Assembly (NCBI GenBank): GCA_051362555.1
Contig: CM120640.1
Span: 12,524,001-12,588,000 of the forward strand
DNA from: Lingula anatina
Taxonomy: Eukaryota > Animalia > Brachiopoda
Reading direction: 5' to 3'
DNA: 64,000 bases
Positions 49,901 through 63,222 of this stretch are shown here, piece by piece. Under the pieces are notes generated by a model, which was given only the letters and a program-made list of their open reading frames with translations, did not search any database and was not told the origin of the DNA. The translations under genes and the position numbers were made by a program. Numbering within the stretch: the stretch's first letter is position 1; each line of letters opens with the position of its first letter.

Positions 49901-52900
49901 CAACAGCTGAATTTTGCGTTTAAGACTTTTATTGGCCGCTTCTAACTCCCAGACTTTGTCCTGCAGCTCTGTGATGACGGCACCGTCGCCATCTTGGAGG
50001 CTGGCAAGCTTTTCATTCAAGGCCTCCTCCTTGGATCTATGCTCCTGAATTTGTTCTTTCAGTTGGTCGATCTGGCGATGGAGAGATGCGTTTTCTGATG
50101 TTTTTGACCTCTTTGATGGTGACTGGCCAAATTCTGCGCTCAAGTCGTCACTCTCCTCAGCTTCAGACCCACGCTGTATTTCTTTCCTGGTCTGCTTTAA
50201 CTTACTCTTTAGTCTGAAATCAGAGAAACAAAATATAAACTAACCATTAAGATATCTTCCAGGTTATATCCATAATTACCATTTCTGGGTTTTGATGCAG
50301 GACTATATTTACTCACACAGCCATATATTTTCCTTTAAGAGTTCCTGAAAAGTCATCCTAATCCTAGATTACTGATATTTTAACAAATTAACATGCAATA
50401 CTTGGGCCTGCATGGGTAAGAAGAGTTCTAGAACTGAAACTCACATGACCATTCTACTTACTACATATTTAATTTTTTTTTCATGATCAAAATATAGGTG
50501 GCCAAAGGTGGAAATAAAAATACTACTTCTACAAAAACATGAACCATCACACACATTTATCAAAAAAAAAAAAAAAAATTCAAATTTTAAAGGCATTTCA
50601 ACTTTTATCCTGTCGTCTTCTTTGCACAGTTAATGCATATTATATGTAAGAGTAAGCATTTCTGTTAACTTTGTTAGACTTAGTATATTTGTTCAGCCTC
50701 TGGAAAATTGCCTAAAGTTTTGACTCATTGCATAATCACTGGATCCATCATAATTCAGAATTTAAACCTGACAGTCACTGTGAGAAAAAGGGCCAGCTTT
50801 AAGAATAATTTTATATCTAATTGGCCCTTTCGACCAATAGACTCAGAGTTACTGACCCAGTTAAAAGTTTGCTTGGCCTGAAACTTAATGCTGAATAATT
50901 TGCTCATCTTTGATGTGTCTTTAATCCTAAGAAACTGTTTACTTTACCTTGTTTACCCATGTATTAATAATTTTTTTCATCAAACAATTACAATTACCCC
51001 AAAGCTTTATTTGAGGCAAGTTATGTGACAAAAAAGTTCACTCACAGGCAAATATAGAATATGTCACACTTAGGTTAAATATTATTACCCTTCGTAGCAA
51101 TAACATATATAATAGCTACATAATAACTGGCTTTGGGTGGAGATGTATTTCTTATATTAAAATACCCACATGTTGTTCTACAACCCTTTTTACACTAGTT
51201 AAAAGATCCAGAAAATAATGGTATAATTTCTATTTACCTTTTTAAACTTCAGAATCATAAAGCAAACAATCTCGATATTTCCCTCACCCTTTATCTTATC
51301 AAAACTGGCAACTCCTCTTCATTCAGGTATTAAGCGTGTGTCTACCTGTCTTCTATAAACATTTTATCCACACACTCAGGTGAGTAGTATAAATTGTCCT
51401 ATCTGCACATCATATTTACAGTGGAGATCAATACTGAACTCTTTTCACACTATATCAAACCTAGCGGGCAGTCCAATGGTGAGGTAATATCAAATAACGT
51501 GTGAAAACTGCCAGGTAAAAACATATCATATAAACCTGCTTGAAATGTTTCTCTTTATATTAAATTCTTGATCAAAATTTTAACTGCACCACCTATATGT
51601 GATCTTCCAAAGCAGCTTAACTGAAGTATATCATTATAGGCCTTGAATCATACTGAGTAAATAAAACACCAACTCCCATTAATTTTCCAGTCCTATTAGA
51701 ATGATTTGCACGTCCACACATGCGGGATATGAAGCATCCCTTTTCAAAATGTTTCAAAAAAGTTTTTATGTACTTGCGTGTAATGCTTGAATTTTTCCTA
51801 GTTATCTTTCAGTCAAATTAACCAAACTCACCTTACCTTACCTATCAAAGTAAATGGTGCCTGTCATACACACAAATGCAGTGTTATTCATCACTGCACC
51901 CATTAATATTCATTCTGGCAGCAAAATATATCTGTTATACTAGGTGAGACAAATGGTACTTCAGCTGTGCACATAACCAACATAACTCTAACCTTCTGAA
52001 TCCTCCTTTTGCGTGAACAGCAACATAACTTTAACTGAACGTCATAGGTGAATTGACATCAATTAACTTACCTGTCATCTCGATTCTTCCACCATCTTTG
52101 GACCTATGAGCAGGTCTCATGCTTTGTATTGTAAGAATCCATAAGAATTCCTTGCTTGATGAACAATATTTATGAAATTACTTAGAATATCTTTCCATTC
52201 TATACACAGGTTTCGCTGACTTTAACCTAGCTCAAAATTCCATACACATCCATTAGCAAACAATCAAGTTCATTGATTATAATTCCCCCGTCAATTTATC
52301 AGCCACACAAACCTGTGAGCTAGTTGCCTTCTGCTCAGTATAGATGTAGGTCGGCTCAGTGGTATATGTGACTCAATACAGACAAGTCTTAATTGCAAAG
52401 TACCTTTTGTGCAGCGTGCCTAAGAAAACAGGCTAAGGCCCTCTGTACACAAAAGCTATGGCTGTTTTCCAATGAGAGCCGGGGAAATGTTTGGGTCGTT
52501 TATTGCATTCATGCTATTGTGGACACTTTTGACCGAGGGAGATGAAAGGACAAACCATCCACATTCCTGCAGTAATCAAACAATACAGTTCACATCAATA
52601 AATAATGCACACCAGAGGTACACACCTACATGTGTGTATAATTCAGTCATTCATTTTCCATCGGTATAACCAAGTGTAATATAAATGTAAAATCCAGGAG
52701 AATTTGTGAATTTAACATTAGATGATCAATTCAATCTATTATATATTGAGGCCCTAATTCTTGAAGAGCAACTTTCATAAGTGGTGCTTTCTTCTGCATT
52801 CTTTATTTTAGAAAGTGATAAAATGCTATAAAGGTAAACCAAAGTAAAAACATAACTTTGAAAATAAAATTTCACTATTCAAGTTTGACTCCGATCGACC

Positions 52901-53518
52901 TTAAAAACCTCTCCAATTATATATCAAAGTGCATGTTACACCCAACTTATTCATGTAAAGTATTAAGGATATAACTTAATGAATGCATTTGGTTTAAAAT
53001 TTCAGTAATGCAGAAGAAAACAAGCTAGGGTATGAAAAAAAAGTATTGTTACCAAAAAAAGGTATCAGTCAAAACAAGCCCTTTTCTATATGTAGCATTG
53101 AAATCTTGTCATTCATGACATTAGATGGATGGCATCATTATTGTGCGTGTCTGGCTGGTAATTTGTTATCCACACAATAGACAGACCCCGCTGAAAACCT
53201 CACGCAGTCTTAGTTTTCCAAAACACCTGTCCAATGTCCTATTCTTTTCTTTGTTAGAAACTTTTTAAGGGATGATAAAGCAGCTAGATAAATGTTTTTT
53301 CTTACCAGTTCAGTAAATCTGGGGTATTTGTTCTCTTCCATCTTTTGTCTACTTTTCTGTAAACAAACTAACATGCTGAGACTGGTACAGACTTAATGTT
53401 GTCTGGCTCACGCAGGTTTGTAGGATTGATATGAACAACTTGTCTGAACAGTCCAAAATGGTCATATTGGTATTCCTAAACAGCATTTTGCTCCCCCCCC
53501 CCCCCACACCCCCCCCCC

Positions 53519-53550
<32 letters not shown>

Positions 53551-56500
53551 CCTTCATGTTTTATCTGCATAAGTTTTGTTCAAAATAAATCTTGGGCCAC
53601 AGATACTTATACTATAGTGATTGGTTTAGATGTATTTTATTGAAATAGTTTCAAAAAAATAGTTTCAAAAAAAAAAAAAATTCCAAGAAGAATTAAAAAC
53701 CCTACTTTCTTGCATAACTGTATTTCTCTTAACTCTGTTTTACTAACAGGTTCCATTTGCACACAAGAACTGTAATTACAACAACTTCCCTTATGTTAGA
53801 GAAAAACTTATCAATTTATGATGAATAACACTTTAGTGCAATCATGTATCTCTTTAAACATTAAACAAGTCTAGATTCAGATCAGGAAAAATATGCAAGT
53901 GAACTTAACAATAATATGACTTTTTAGTTCTCCTTTTATATGTGTGCACACTGTCATGTTCACACCCAGAGTAACTTACACAAGAAAAAAAGACTGCCCG
54001 ACTTCACCAGAAGACCAAATTGTTTAACAATAGATTTAAAGTTTTAACACTTAACAGGGATGTGAGGATTGTATTTTCAGTATTTGTCTATACATATTCT
54101 GCCTCAATACACACAATTAACCATACCTGACTTCAGCAGCCTCCATAGTTGCAACTCTCTCCTGCAGCTGAGTGATCTGGCTTCTGTACTCTGAATCTGC
54201 TTCCTCCATTTCTTGTATACTGGCTCTGAAATGAGGGGAACTGATTTTCTATTATTATAATATGAAATACAGATTTTTCTAATTTTCTTATTTCACATTT
54301 TCATTTTTTTTTTCATTTTTGTTAGGTTGAAAACATGCAAGCATTAAAATAAGATCCTCTAATTAAATTGATGAGTGACAAATAAAAGACCTCAATTCTG
54401 GCACTAGATCTTCTTTGCCACTTGTGTAAAATCTAATTATAAACTTGATTACTAAAATCACTGGTAACTATTTTAAACTGCTCCTTAATTGTAAGTAAAC
54501 CCAAAAGTCCCTATGTTATTTTATTTCCTCAATCATATCCTTACCTATATGTTTTCTCTTTCTTCTCCATTTGGGCCAGCCTCTGTTTCAAGTCTGCTTC
54601 TGATCTTACCAGATCCTGCAGTCTGGCCTCATAGTCTCCACTAGAAGGAGCTGCCTGCAACACAAATATCCTCGGTTTTAAATATGTGAAAATGGGTGTA
54701 AAAGACGTAGTGAATAAGTGAACAAGAACAAGCTGACTTAATGTTATGATAGACCTTGAGGAACATGCAACTAATATGTGAAAAAATTAGAATGCAATGT
54801 AATGATTTTAATACCCACAGGTTTAGAAATTACATATAATCGTCTTTCATGACAATTGTTCCTTGGGCAAATTACATTGTTCCAAACATATGGTATCTAT
54901 GACATGACTCATGATTAGAGAGAAATAAAACATACCTTTACTGGTGTTGAGAATTTATTTATGTCTTCCAGACTCATTTGCCCATCTGCTGCAGAGATCA
55001 CTTGCTCCACAGCTGTCCTCAGTGAAGTCAGATGTTGCTCTAGTTCTTCTATTTGCACGGACTTGGCTGATGTTTCCACTTCCAATTGGTGGACCTTCTT
55101 ATGTAGATTTGTAGAGGTTCCTATAGCAGTTTCATCTGCTGTCTTTATCCTGATGTGCTGGGCTTGTGGTTTTTGTTGTTCCTGTTCCAGTCTGGCAGTA
55201 ACTTCAGCTAGTTCCTCTTGAAGTTGATTGTTCTGAACTTGCAAGTGTCTGATTTCATCTTCCAAAGTTTCAACTTTCTTGAAATGAGGTGACTGTGGTG
55301 ATTCTGCAGTAATACTGTGTTGTAATACTTCAGACTCTTGGGCTTCAATTTCTGGCATTTGTGTTGCCTTAGAAAGTGCTGTAGCTGTTTTGTTATTCAG
55401 TGCCTCACTCAAGCTTTCCAAGCCTAAGATTCTTTCCTCGAGCTCAGCTGTCATTTTTCTCAATTCCAAATTAGACCGCAGAAGATCAGAGTTCCTGAGC
55501 TCTAGATTCTTCACTTCTTCTTCCAGATCTCCCTTTGCTTTCGTCAGTTCTCTGTTCTTGTTCTCCAGCTCCTGAGTTTGTTGTTTTGATATGGTCTTAA
55601 AAGCTTCTAGTTCATTCTCAATGTCTTGGAATGCAGAAAGCTTAGAAAGGAGAGATTTCTCTTCATTTTCCAACTCCTTCAGCCTCCTGTCATCTTTATT
55701 CCGTAGTGTTTGGGCATCTTTTTCCATCTCCTCCATCTGAACCTGAAGTTTTTCTTTCTCAGATTCCACAAGATCAGCTTTCTGGATTGCCTTCTTACAA
55801 TCCAGTACAAGTTTTTCCTTTTCAGATTCCCAGAGTTTTGCTGCCATCTGAAGTTCATTGTAATGTGAGGTTGTAGCTTCTTTCTCTGTTTCCAACTCCT
55901 TGGACTTGTTTATAAGTTGAATATTTGTTTGTTCTAAAGAATGCAGTTTTTCCTGCAGATCACTACATGCCTGCTTAACTTTGGTTACTTCTAACTGGAC
56001 TTCATGTCTAGAGGATTGTGCAACCAAATCCAGTTCTTTCATTCTTTCTTGCTCTGCTTCTAGTTCTGATGAGAGCTTTTCATGCTTTTCCTCTAGTCCA
56101 CTTAGTTTCTCTTTGGTTGTCATGACCTCCTGTGTGATTGAACCACATAGTTTTGAACATGTGCTATCAGAGGTGTCATATGGCAAACCTAAAGAATTTG
56201 CCAACTGCAGGAGTTGATGAAGTACATCTTTCTCTTTGGATTCTAGTTCTTGCACTTTTGCTCTTGAACTTTCAGTCTCAGAAGTAAGCTTAGTAACCAT
56301 CTCTGATAGTTCTGCTTTTTCTTGATCCAGTTTTAAGACAGACTCTTTCATAATGAGAGATTCTTCAATTTTGGAAGAAAGCTCTTTATCTTCAGTCAAC
56401 TTGGCACTGCTCTTGAGAGATTCTATTGTAGAGTGCAGTTTATCTATTTCAGCTTTGTGTTCTTTTTCATTAGTAGCTATATCTACTTTCAGCATTTGTA

Positions 56501-59500
56501 CTTGTTGCTCATAACTGGTTATCTCAGAGGTCAAAGACTCAATTTTGGACTGCAAACTGCTTTCCAAATCCTCTGCCTTGCTACCCAATTCTGAGATTTC
56601 TTTTTCTTTTTGTCTCAATTCTTCTTCTGATTTTACTTGGGCTTTTTCTAATTCATCAATTTTTGCTTTTAACTTTGTCTCTTCTTCCTCAAGTTCATGT
56701 ATCCGGTTTTCCATATCATGAAATTGTCCAGAGATATCGGATTCAAAGCTTTCAAGTCTATCATACTTCTGCTCTTGTGCAACAACAAAGCTGCTGTCTC
56801 CACCACCAAAAGACATTGACAGTTTACTCTCCATCATCTTTTCCTTGAATTCCATTTCATTAAGGGTCTCTGACAGCTTGGCTTCATTTTCTTCATGCAT
56901 ATGGATTCTCTCATGCAACTTCTCAATCTTATCATCTTTCTCTTCACAGATTTGGTGCAACTGCTCCTGTAGTGCCTTCTTAGATGTCTCAAGCTCTTGA
57001 ATACTTGCCTCCAGTTCTTTAACTCGTGCACTATCTACCATACTCCTTGTCTGAAGAGCTTCTGTGTCCCCACTGACTAATCTGTCATTAAGTTCCTGCA
57101 ATTCCTGAACTTTATCCTCAAGGACATGGATCTTGTCCGTGTCCCCCTGGGTGATTTGTTCCAGTTGTTCCTTCAGGATTTCATTATTGTCCTCCAGGGC
57201 CACAATCTGATCCTGTAGCTTTCGGATACTTTTCTCCTTCTTCTTGATGGTATCTCTAAGGGTCTCTACAAGTGTGACATCCTTCTCCAGCTCCTCAAAC
57301 TGGGCCAGTTTTTCCTGCAGACGTGCATTTACCTCTTCCAAGGCCTGCTGCTTTTCAACAGCATTATGTTCTGCTAATTCTAGAACTTTTACCTGGCAAG
57401 AAAAAATGGCAAATTTGTAAGAAGAAGTTTTCTTTTTTGTTTCAAGTAAGAATGAATTACTTTTTCTTTTTTCATGATGCCTCATAAACCTTCTACCCCT
57501 GGGATAATAAGCATGTCATCTGCAAACACACACACACCCACACACAATTTAATTTTTAAAAAATCTACCGATCTTCCATACTTCTCATCAATATAAACAT
57601 TGGCAATGATCAATTTTTTTAGCAATAGCAACATGACTAGCTGCAATATTAATCATCAGTCTATTTCAAACAAGGCCTATTGTGGTAATAAGGTGTACCC
57701 AAAAATTACCTTCTCCTCCAGTGCCTGCTCAGTCAACTCCCTTTCTGCCAGTTTGTCTTTGTTTTTGTGTTCACTGTCTCTGAGCTCCTTGAGTTGCTGT
57801 CTAAGCTCAACCTCATCTCTATCCATCTTCTCCATGGTATCACGCAGAATGGCCTCTGATGTCTCAAGGTCGTGAATACGACCTTTCAAGGTCAGCTGTG
57901 TGATGGTGAGGTCACTGATTTTCTTTTGAAGGAGTTTTATTTCATCTTCTTCCTCCTCTTTATCTGTTCCATTACTATGTTTCTTATTACCTGAATTTCC
58001 ATCTTGTTCATCTTGAAGAAGTGCTTTGGTGATTGTAGGACTAGAATTCTTCTGGTTGTCTTTGGTTTGCTCTTGAGGTATGCTTATGTCATCATCATCA
58101 TGTTCAACTTCCATGCCTGCCTCCTCATCATAGTCATATTCTTTGGTACTGAGAAGTTTCACATTTTCCTCCAACTGAGATTTCAGTGATGCATTTTCTT
58201 TGTGCAGTTCCTGAAGCTCTTGTTCTCTGTTGTTTGCATAGTCCCTGAGTATCTTGAGTTCTTGTTGCAATTTTTTGGTTTCTGATGGTGACAGCGCTGT
58301 GTCTTGCTCTGTCTTGTCTCCCTGATTGTTGTTGGCACGGTTTGTTGGTCCATCTTCAGAAAGAAGAGCCCTTGCAGCCTCCAGCTCCTCCTCCAATACA
58401 ATTGTTTTCTCAGTGAGTTCTTGTTCATTCTGCTCATATTGCAGATATCTTTCTGTGAATCCAGATATCTTCACCTGGAGTTCTTCATTTTGTGCAGTGA
58501 GCTCTCTCCTTGCATTTTCAAGTTCTGAGATTTTGTGCTAAAAGCAGATAAATAGTAATGATATCAGTAGTCTGATGGAGTTTTCCACAATTTGTATAAA
58601 ACTCATAATTTAAATGTTTATTAATCAATGATTTAAAAAATCTAAATGATGATGAACGATGTGTTCACTCACTACATGAGTTAAGACTGTAAGCCTACAC
58701 TTAATTACAACATTTGCTACTGTAATATGACCTACCAGCAATGTTTGTGTCATAGGGTTCATGTCTTTGTCACATTCAGCTTCTGATTGTTCCTCCTGCT
58801 TGTTGAGTAATTGGTCCTGAAGCTCAGAGTTGTTCTGCTTCAATACTTCAAGCTCTCTTTTCACTTCTTGATTCCTCTGCAATAACAATAGGCAACAACA
58901 ATGATATTGAGAACATAAAATACAATACAAAAATTATTAAATGACATATATACACACATAAGGAAGATAAATGCTTTGGCTGACAATTTTACAAATTTGG
59001 TCATATACAGAGTACCATCCAACTATAAGTTGGTGGAACAATTAATCAGTTTGATATTCAATTTTAATTTTTCAAGGCAAAGTACTCTACCTGTTCTGCA
59101 GCCTTCAATTGCTCTACCTTCTCCTGCAGGTACTCAGACTCAAATGCCTTGCCCTCTAACATGCTAGCCAGCTGTTTCTTCAGTCTCTCTATCTCCTGCT
59201 TATATCTGGCCTCTGACTTCTGGTTGAAATCATCTGTGTACTTGTACAAGGCTTCAGCTTGCTTCAGGTCTTCATTCTCTTTCTCCAGTTGTTGAATTTT
59301 CTAGAGATGAGATTCAAGAAAATATTTTAACATATGTCACAAAAATTGAGATTAGATATTCTCTTTTCAGAACTGACCATGTAGTTGCTGTTGCTGTATT
59401 TGCCTTACCATCATTTCTCAAACCAGGCGGCATGTTTTTATTTTGATATATAAAGTCCTGATTTACACAAAATCATGACATTATTCACATTTCTTGAACC

Positions 59501-62500
59501 ACTAGTCTTCCTACCAATCTCTCTAGCATGACAACATACCATCTCTGCCTCCATGAGGCTATTTCTGACCTCTTCATACTCCAGTACAATGTCAGGGGAG
59601 ACCCCGGTGGCAGCTGACAGCAAATCAGCCTGAATAAACAACAAACAGGAAGCAGCAGTTTATTCATACACTAATAGGGCTAATTCATTTCGACACATCA
59701 TGAAAGTATATTACTTCAAATCAGTTTTTATATGTATAAGCATTTGTTTTACCTCAATGTTCACTTCACTTGGATTCAACTCACCTTTTCTTGTTCAAGC
59801 TCCTTGATTCTTGATCTTAAGGTGCCCTGGGCAGCTGTCATGCTGTTCAGTTTCTAAAAAAGCAAAGTGTGTCCATGATTACAGTATCTGAGTAGAGCTG
59901 TACAGTGATAAAACCAATATTTTATCCTGAAATTTTCTCTATATTTCTCAATATGAACACATGATGCAAAACAACATGGCATTGTGTTTCACTGGATTTA
60001 TGCTTTATCTTTAAAAGAATACTGAAAGAGTTTTCATACCTTCTCTGTAACATCCAACAAAGCCTGTACCTGGATAAGTACCAGCTTTTCTTCAGGAGTC
60101 AGAGCTGCATCCTGAATATACAACCATAGTTGTAGGTAACAAATGTATATTAGAAATAATACATGAGGCATTTGCATCTAAACCGATTTGCAATTAACAA
60201 GATTAGACTGCTTATTATAAAAAATAAATGGTCTCAAAGACAGTTCCCAAAAGGGTTGTAGACATGCATGTAGAGTGACTAAATAAATGATCAATACCTG
60301 GTCATATTTTAGATCAGATATTTTTTCTCTTAGTTCTTCCACTTTGACCTCCTAAAATAAACCAACAAATTATTAGAAAATCAGCTGTTGTGATTAAAAG
60401 AGCAGGTTATCTTTGCTAGAATATATCTTAGCTTCACATTATAATCAAGTAGTCTGCATGTTGGTAATGTGATCGCAGATAAAAATTAGGAAATGCAACT
60501 GTGTAATAAAAACATTATCATTTAGCCGTTTTAATTTAACACAGTAATCAATTAAATCAACTGGTGAAAATGCCTTTAAAGCATAAATCATAACTATACC
60601 ATAACTCCTATGGAATCATGCTGTACTGTAAGTACCCCAGCCTCTGTAATGACAGGGGGGAGATGATAGGGTGTTGAGTGCTTCAGTTCTTCAATAAGCT
60701 AAAAGAAAATGAAACAGTTTTTCCATTCAATGTGTATTTTCATACATATTTTCAAATGGATTACAGGTACTAAAAAAAAAATAATAATAATAAAAACACC
60801 AACTTGTCAATTTTAACAATTATTTTTCCTTTTGAAAGCATCACGTTAAATTTTTTTTATTTAAAAAAAATAATTAAATTGATGAGAACTAACCTTCATC
60901 AAGCTTAAGTTATTGAACATCTCATTTTAAATCCCTTTTTTAAATTAAAGAGGAATGAGTATATGCAAAAATAATAATTATCATTAAAGACTTACTTTTT
61001 CAATCTTGTCTTCAAGCTCTAAATTCCTAAACTCCAGCACTTCATTTTGTTCTTGGCTTTCGTTTAATTCATGTTTCAATAGTTGGTTTCTGGCTTCAGC
61101 TTCTTTGATCTACAAAATAATAACACATATCATTTGAAATCCCACATCAAGCAAGGTTCACCATACTTCTAATAATACCCCTGCAGCCAATCTCCTATTG
61201 CTTTGAGTGACACAAATATGAATCTGTATTGCATTTCAAATGCAGAAAAGTATAAAAACAGGAAACATATGATAAGTCATTCTAAACAAAGGTCAAATTA
61301 TTATTTGATAGCTGAACAATATTATCTATGCTAAGTGTAAGATGGCCATTGAAGAGGGGAGGTACAGAAGAGACTATTTTACAGAATAAAATGCATATTT
61401 CATTTACTTAATAACAAAAAAATCATTATTGACCGTTTTCCTATATTTTAAAATTTCCTATATTTTCCTCACCTTCTGCATAAGAAGCAAACTGGCCTCA
61501 TTCATTTTTTGTTTTTCATGGACCCAGCTGCTGTCCTGTAAAATAATTAGTAAACTTGTAAATGTCTGTGATTTACCCCAATGTAAAAGCAGGTTTGATG
61601 AAGCAAAGAAAACCATAGCAATAAAAACAGTTAATGACAAAGGGATCCTCCAAGGTGCAGCTTTGGTCCTAAAATATATATCCACCACTGATTCCCATTG
61701 ATTCTTACCCCTCCTCTGCCTTGAACTATCTTTTCCAGGTCTTCTATCTTTGACTGAGAGGCCAAAAGGTCATTTTCAAGCTGGGTCCTTAACTGAAAAT
61801 ACAAGATAAATACGTATAAAAGAAAACTCAAGAATATAAAACAAAGCTACACAAAACAAGGTGAGGATGCATCCTCATTCATCACTTATTGAAAACACTC
61901 ACCCACCATTCAATAAGAATTTGAAAACCTTTAACATCACTCTATGGAAAGGGCAAATGTTTCTTTCAATATTTTTTTATCTTCTGTTACTAAATTAAAG
62001 TCTCACATAATAAACCTTCTTTACAAGTATAACTTGTACTGAGATAAAATAGATAATCACTACATCCAAATACCCTTTGCTATCACATTCTGTCATAATA
62101 ACATAGAAATTCACTTACTTTGTGTTCCCTCTGGGGGTCCACATGGCTACTGCCCTGCTGTTTCTGTAGCAAGGCATAAGCCTTCTCCAGCTCCATGTGT
62201 TCTTTATTCAGGCGTTGGTAGTTTCTCTCAAACTCCTCACGAGTAATCTAAACACACAACCTCAGCATTATTAATGAAATAAGCAAATTTCCATTTAATA
62301 TGCATGCTTAACGGTGAGATTTTTTCTTAAATAATACATTTATCTTCAATAAGCATCTGTTAATATTTCTAGTATTAGTGTGAAATCTATGGTCTAGGGA
62401 TAGAAGTGAAGACTGAATCAAAATTCGCTAGTCTTGAAATGGAATCAACATTTAAAGGAAAATTCATCCAAAATAACCACTAAAATATCTGCTATTCCAA

Positions 62501-63222
62501 TCAGATGGGTAACTTTCAGGTATCTCATTTTTTTATTTACTAGACTGATACCAAATTTACTAGTCAATGGTTTCAAACCAGTAGCTAATGCCACAGACCA
62601 TTTCAGAAACCTGACTATTGGGGTATTCTACAAATTATATACATATTCCTAAATCTTAACATCTTGTCTAGTATCAACACTCTATGGACATATTCTACAG
62701 GCCAAATATCCTGTCTTCAGTCAGAATAAACAATGAACAAGATGGCTAGTCCACCCACATCATCCCAAAACTCCTCTTCTATTTGAGGGTCAAGGGGAAT
62801 GGAAGCCACCGAAAATTCAGAGTCCACAGAACACGAGTCTTCATCATAGCCATAGTAGGTCTCCTTTATCCCAGCAGCCTGGAAATAGACAATAATGTAT
62901 ATTTTAGGTTCCATATGTCTCTCAAATTTATATTCATCATGATTTTTTCTCTCCTTATTTTATAATACCGATTACTTTAACCTTTTATGCAGTCAAAAAT
63001 ATTCTGCTATAGAATTTTTTTGATAATTGAACCAATAACATGCATACTGTATGTAAGCTATCTAATAAAAAGTCTAAGGAGAATTAATTTGTCATTCTTT
63101 GGATCTAACTCCTTCCTTTTGAACATGAGTTGAGATTGACAATGACTCACCTTGTTCTGTGCTCGCAATGTATTGCTTCTCTGTCTTGCATGTTTTATGA
63201 TTTCTATTTTGCGATCCTTTTC
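34992..63222 (-). CDS. Giant coiled-coil protein: JAKMIP-like region, extended coiled coil, Pro-rich segment and RIM-binding-protein-like SH3-FN3-SH3; 5' end beyond the right edge
   Basis: About 37 GT-AG exons, phase-consistent at the junctions checked. JAKMIP-like motifs: ETYYGYDEDSCSVDSE, ELEKAYALLQKQ, QLENDLLASQSKIEDLEK, DSSWVHEKQ, EQNEVLEFRNLELE. Large coiled-coil exons at 57710-58538, 54936-57391 and 48163-48984. SH3 FRAVSDY...ELPLKEGELVQVLG|PPDQDGYYETRLGGRVGLVPASY; FN3 LLSWQPPEMDEFGRNNDSIVKGYK|ILVNG; second SH3 FVAVYDYIPSRQSPN...DGFFFAE|VNGRRGLVPASF; TAG at 34994-34992. Confidence 0.8.
43812..44039. mobile_element. 228-bp PIF/Harbinger (Tourist-like) MITE
   Basis: Imperfect ~33-bp TIRs GACTGGGTTCCCATAGATTTAGATCGATCTATCC and GGATAGATCGATCTAAAAATCTATGGAAATGCACTC, flanked by TAA at 43809-43811 and 44040-44042. 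The interior is GC-richer than its surroundings. Confidence 0.75.
53493..53546. repeat. Poly(C) tracts followed by a (CA)n microsatellite
   Basis: Two C runs of about 11-13 nt, then about 14 CA units. Confidence 0.9.

Noticed and set aside
46928-58541. Numerous Ser/Phe/Leu-rich plus-strand ORFs
   Set aside because: They are antisense shadows of Glu/Lys/Gln-rich coiled-coil exons; the same applies to minus-strand ORFs opposite SMC2.
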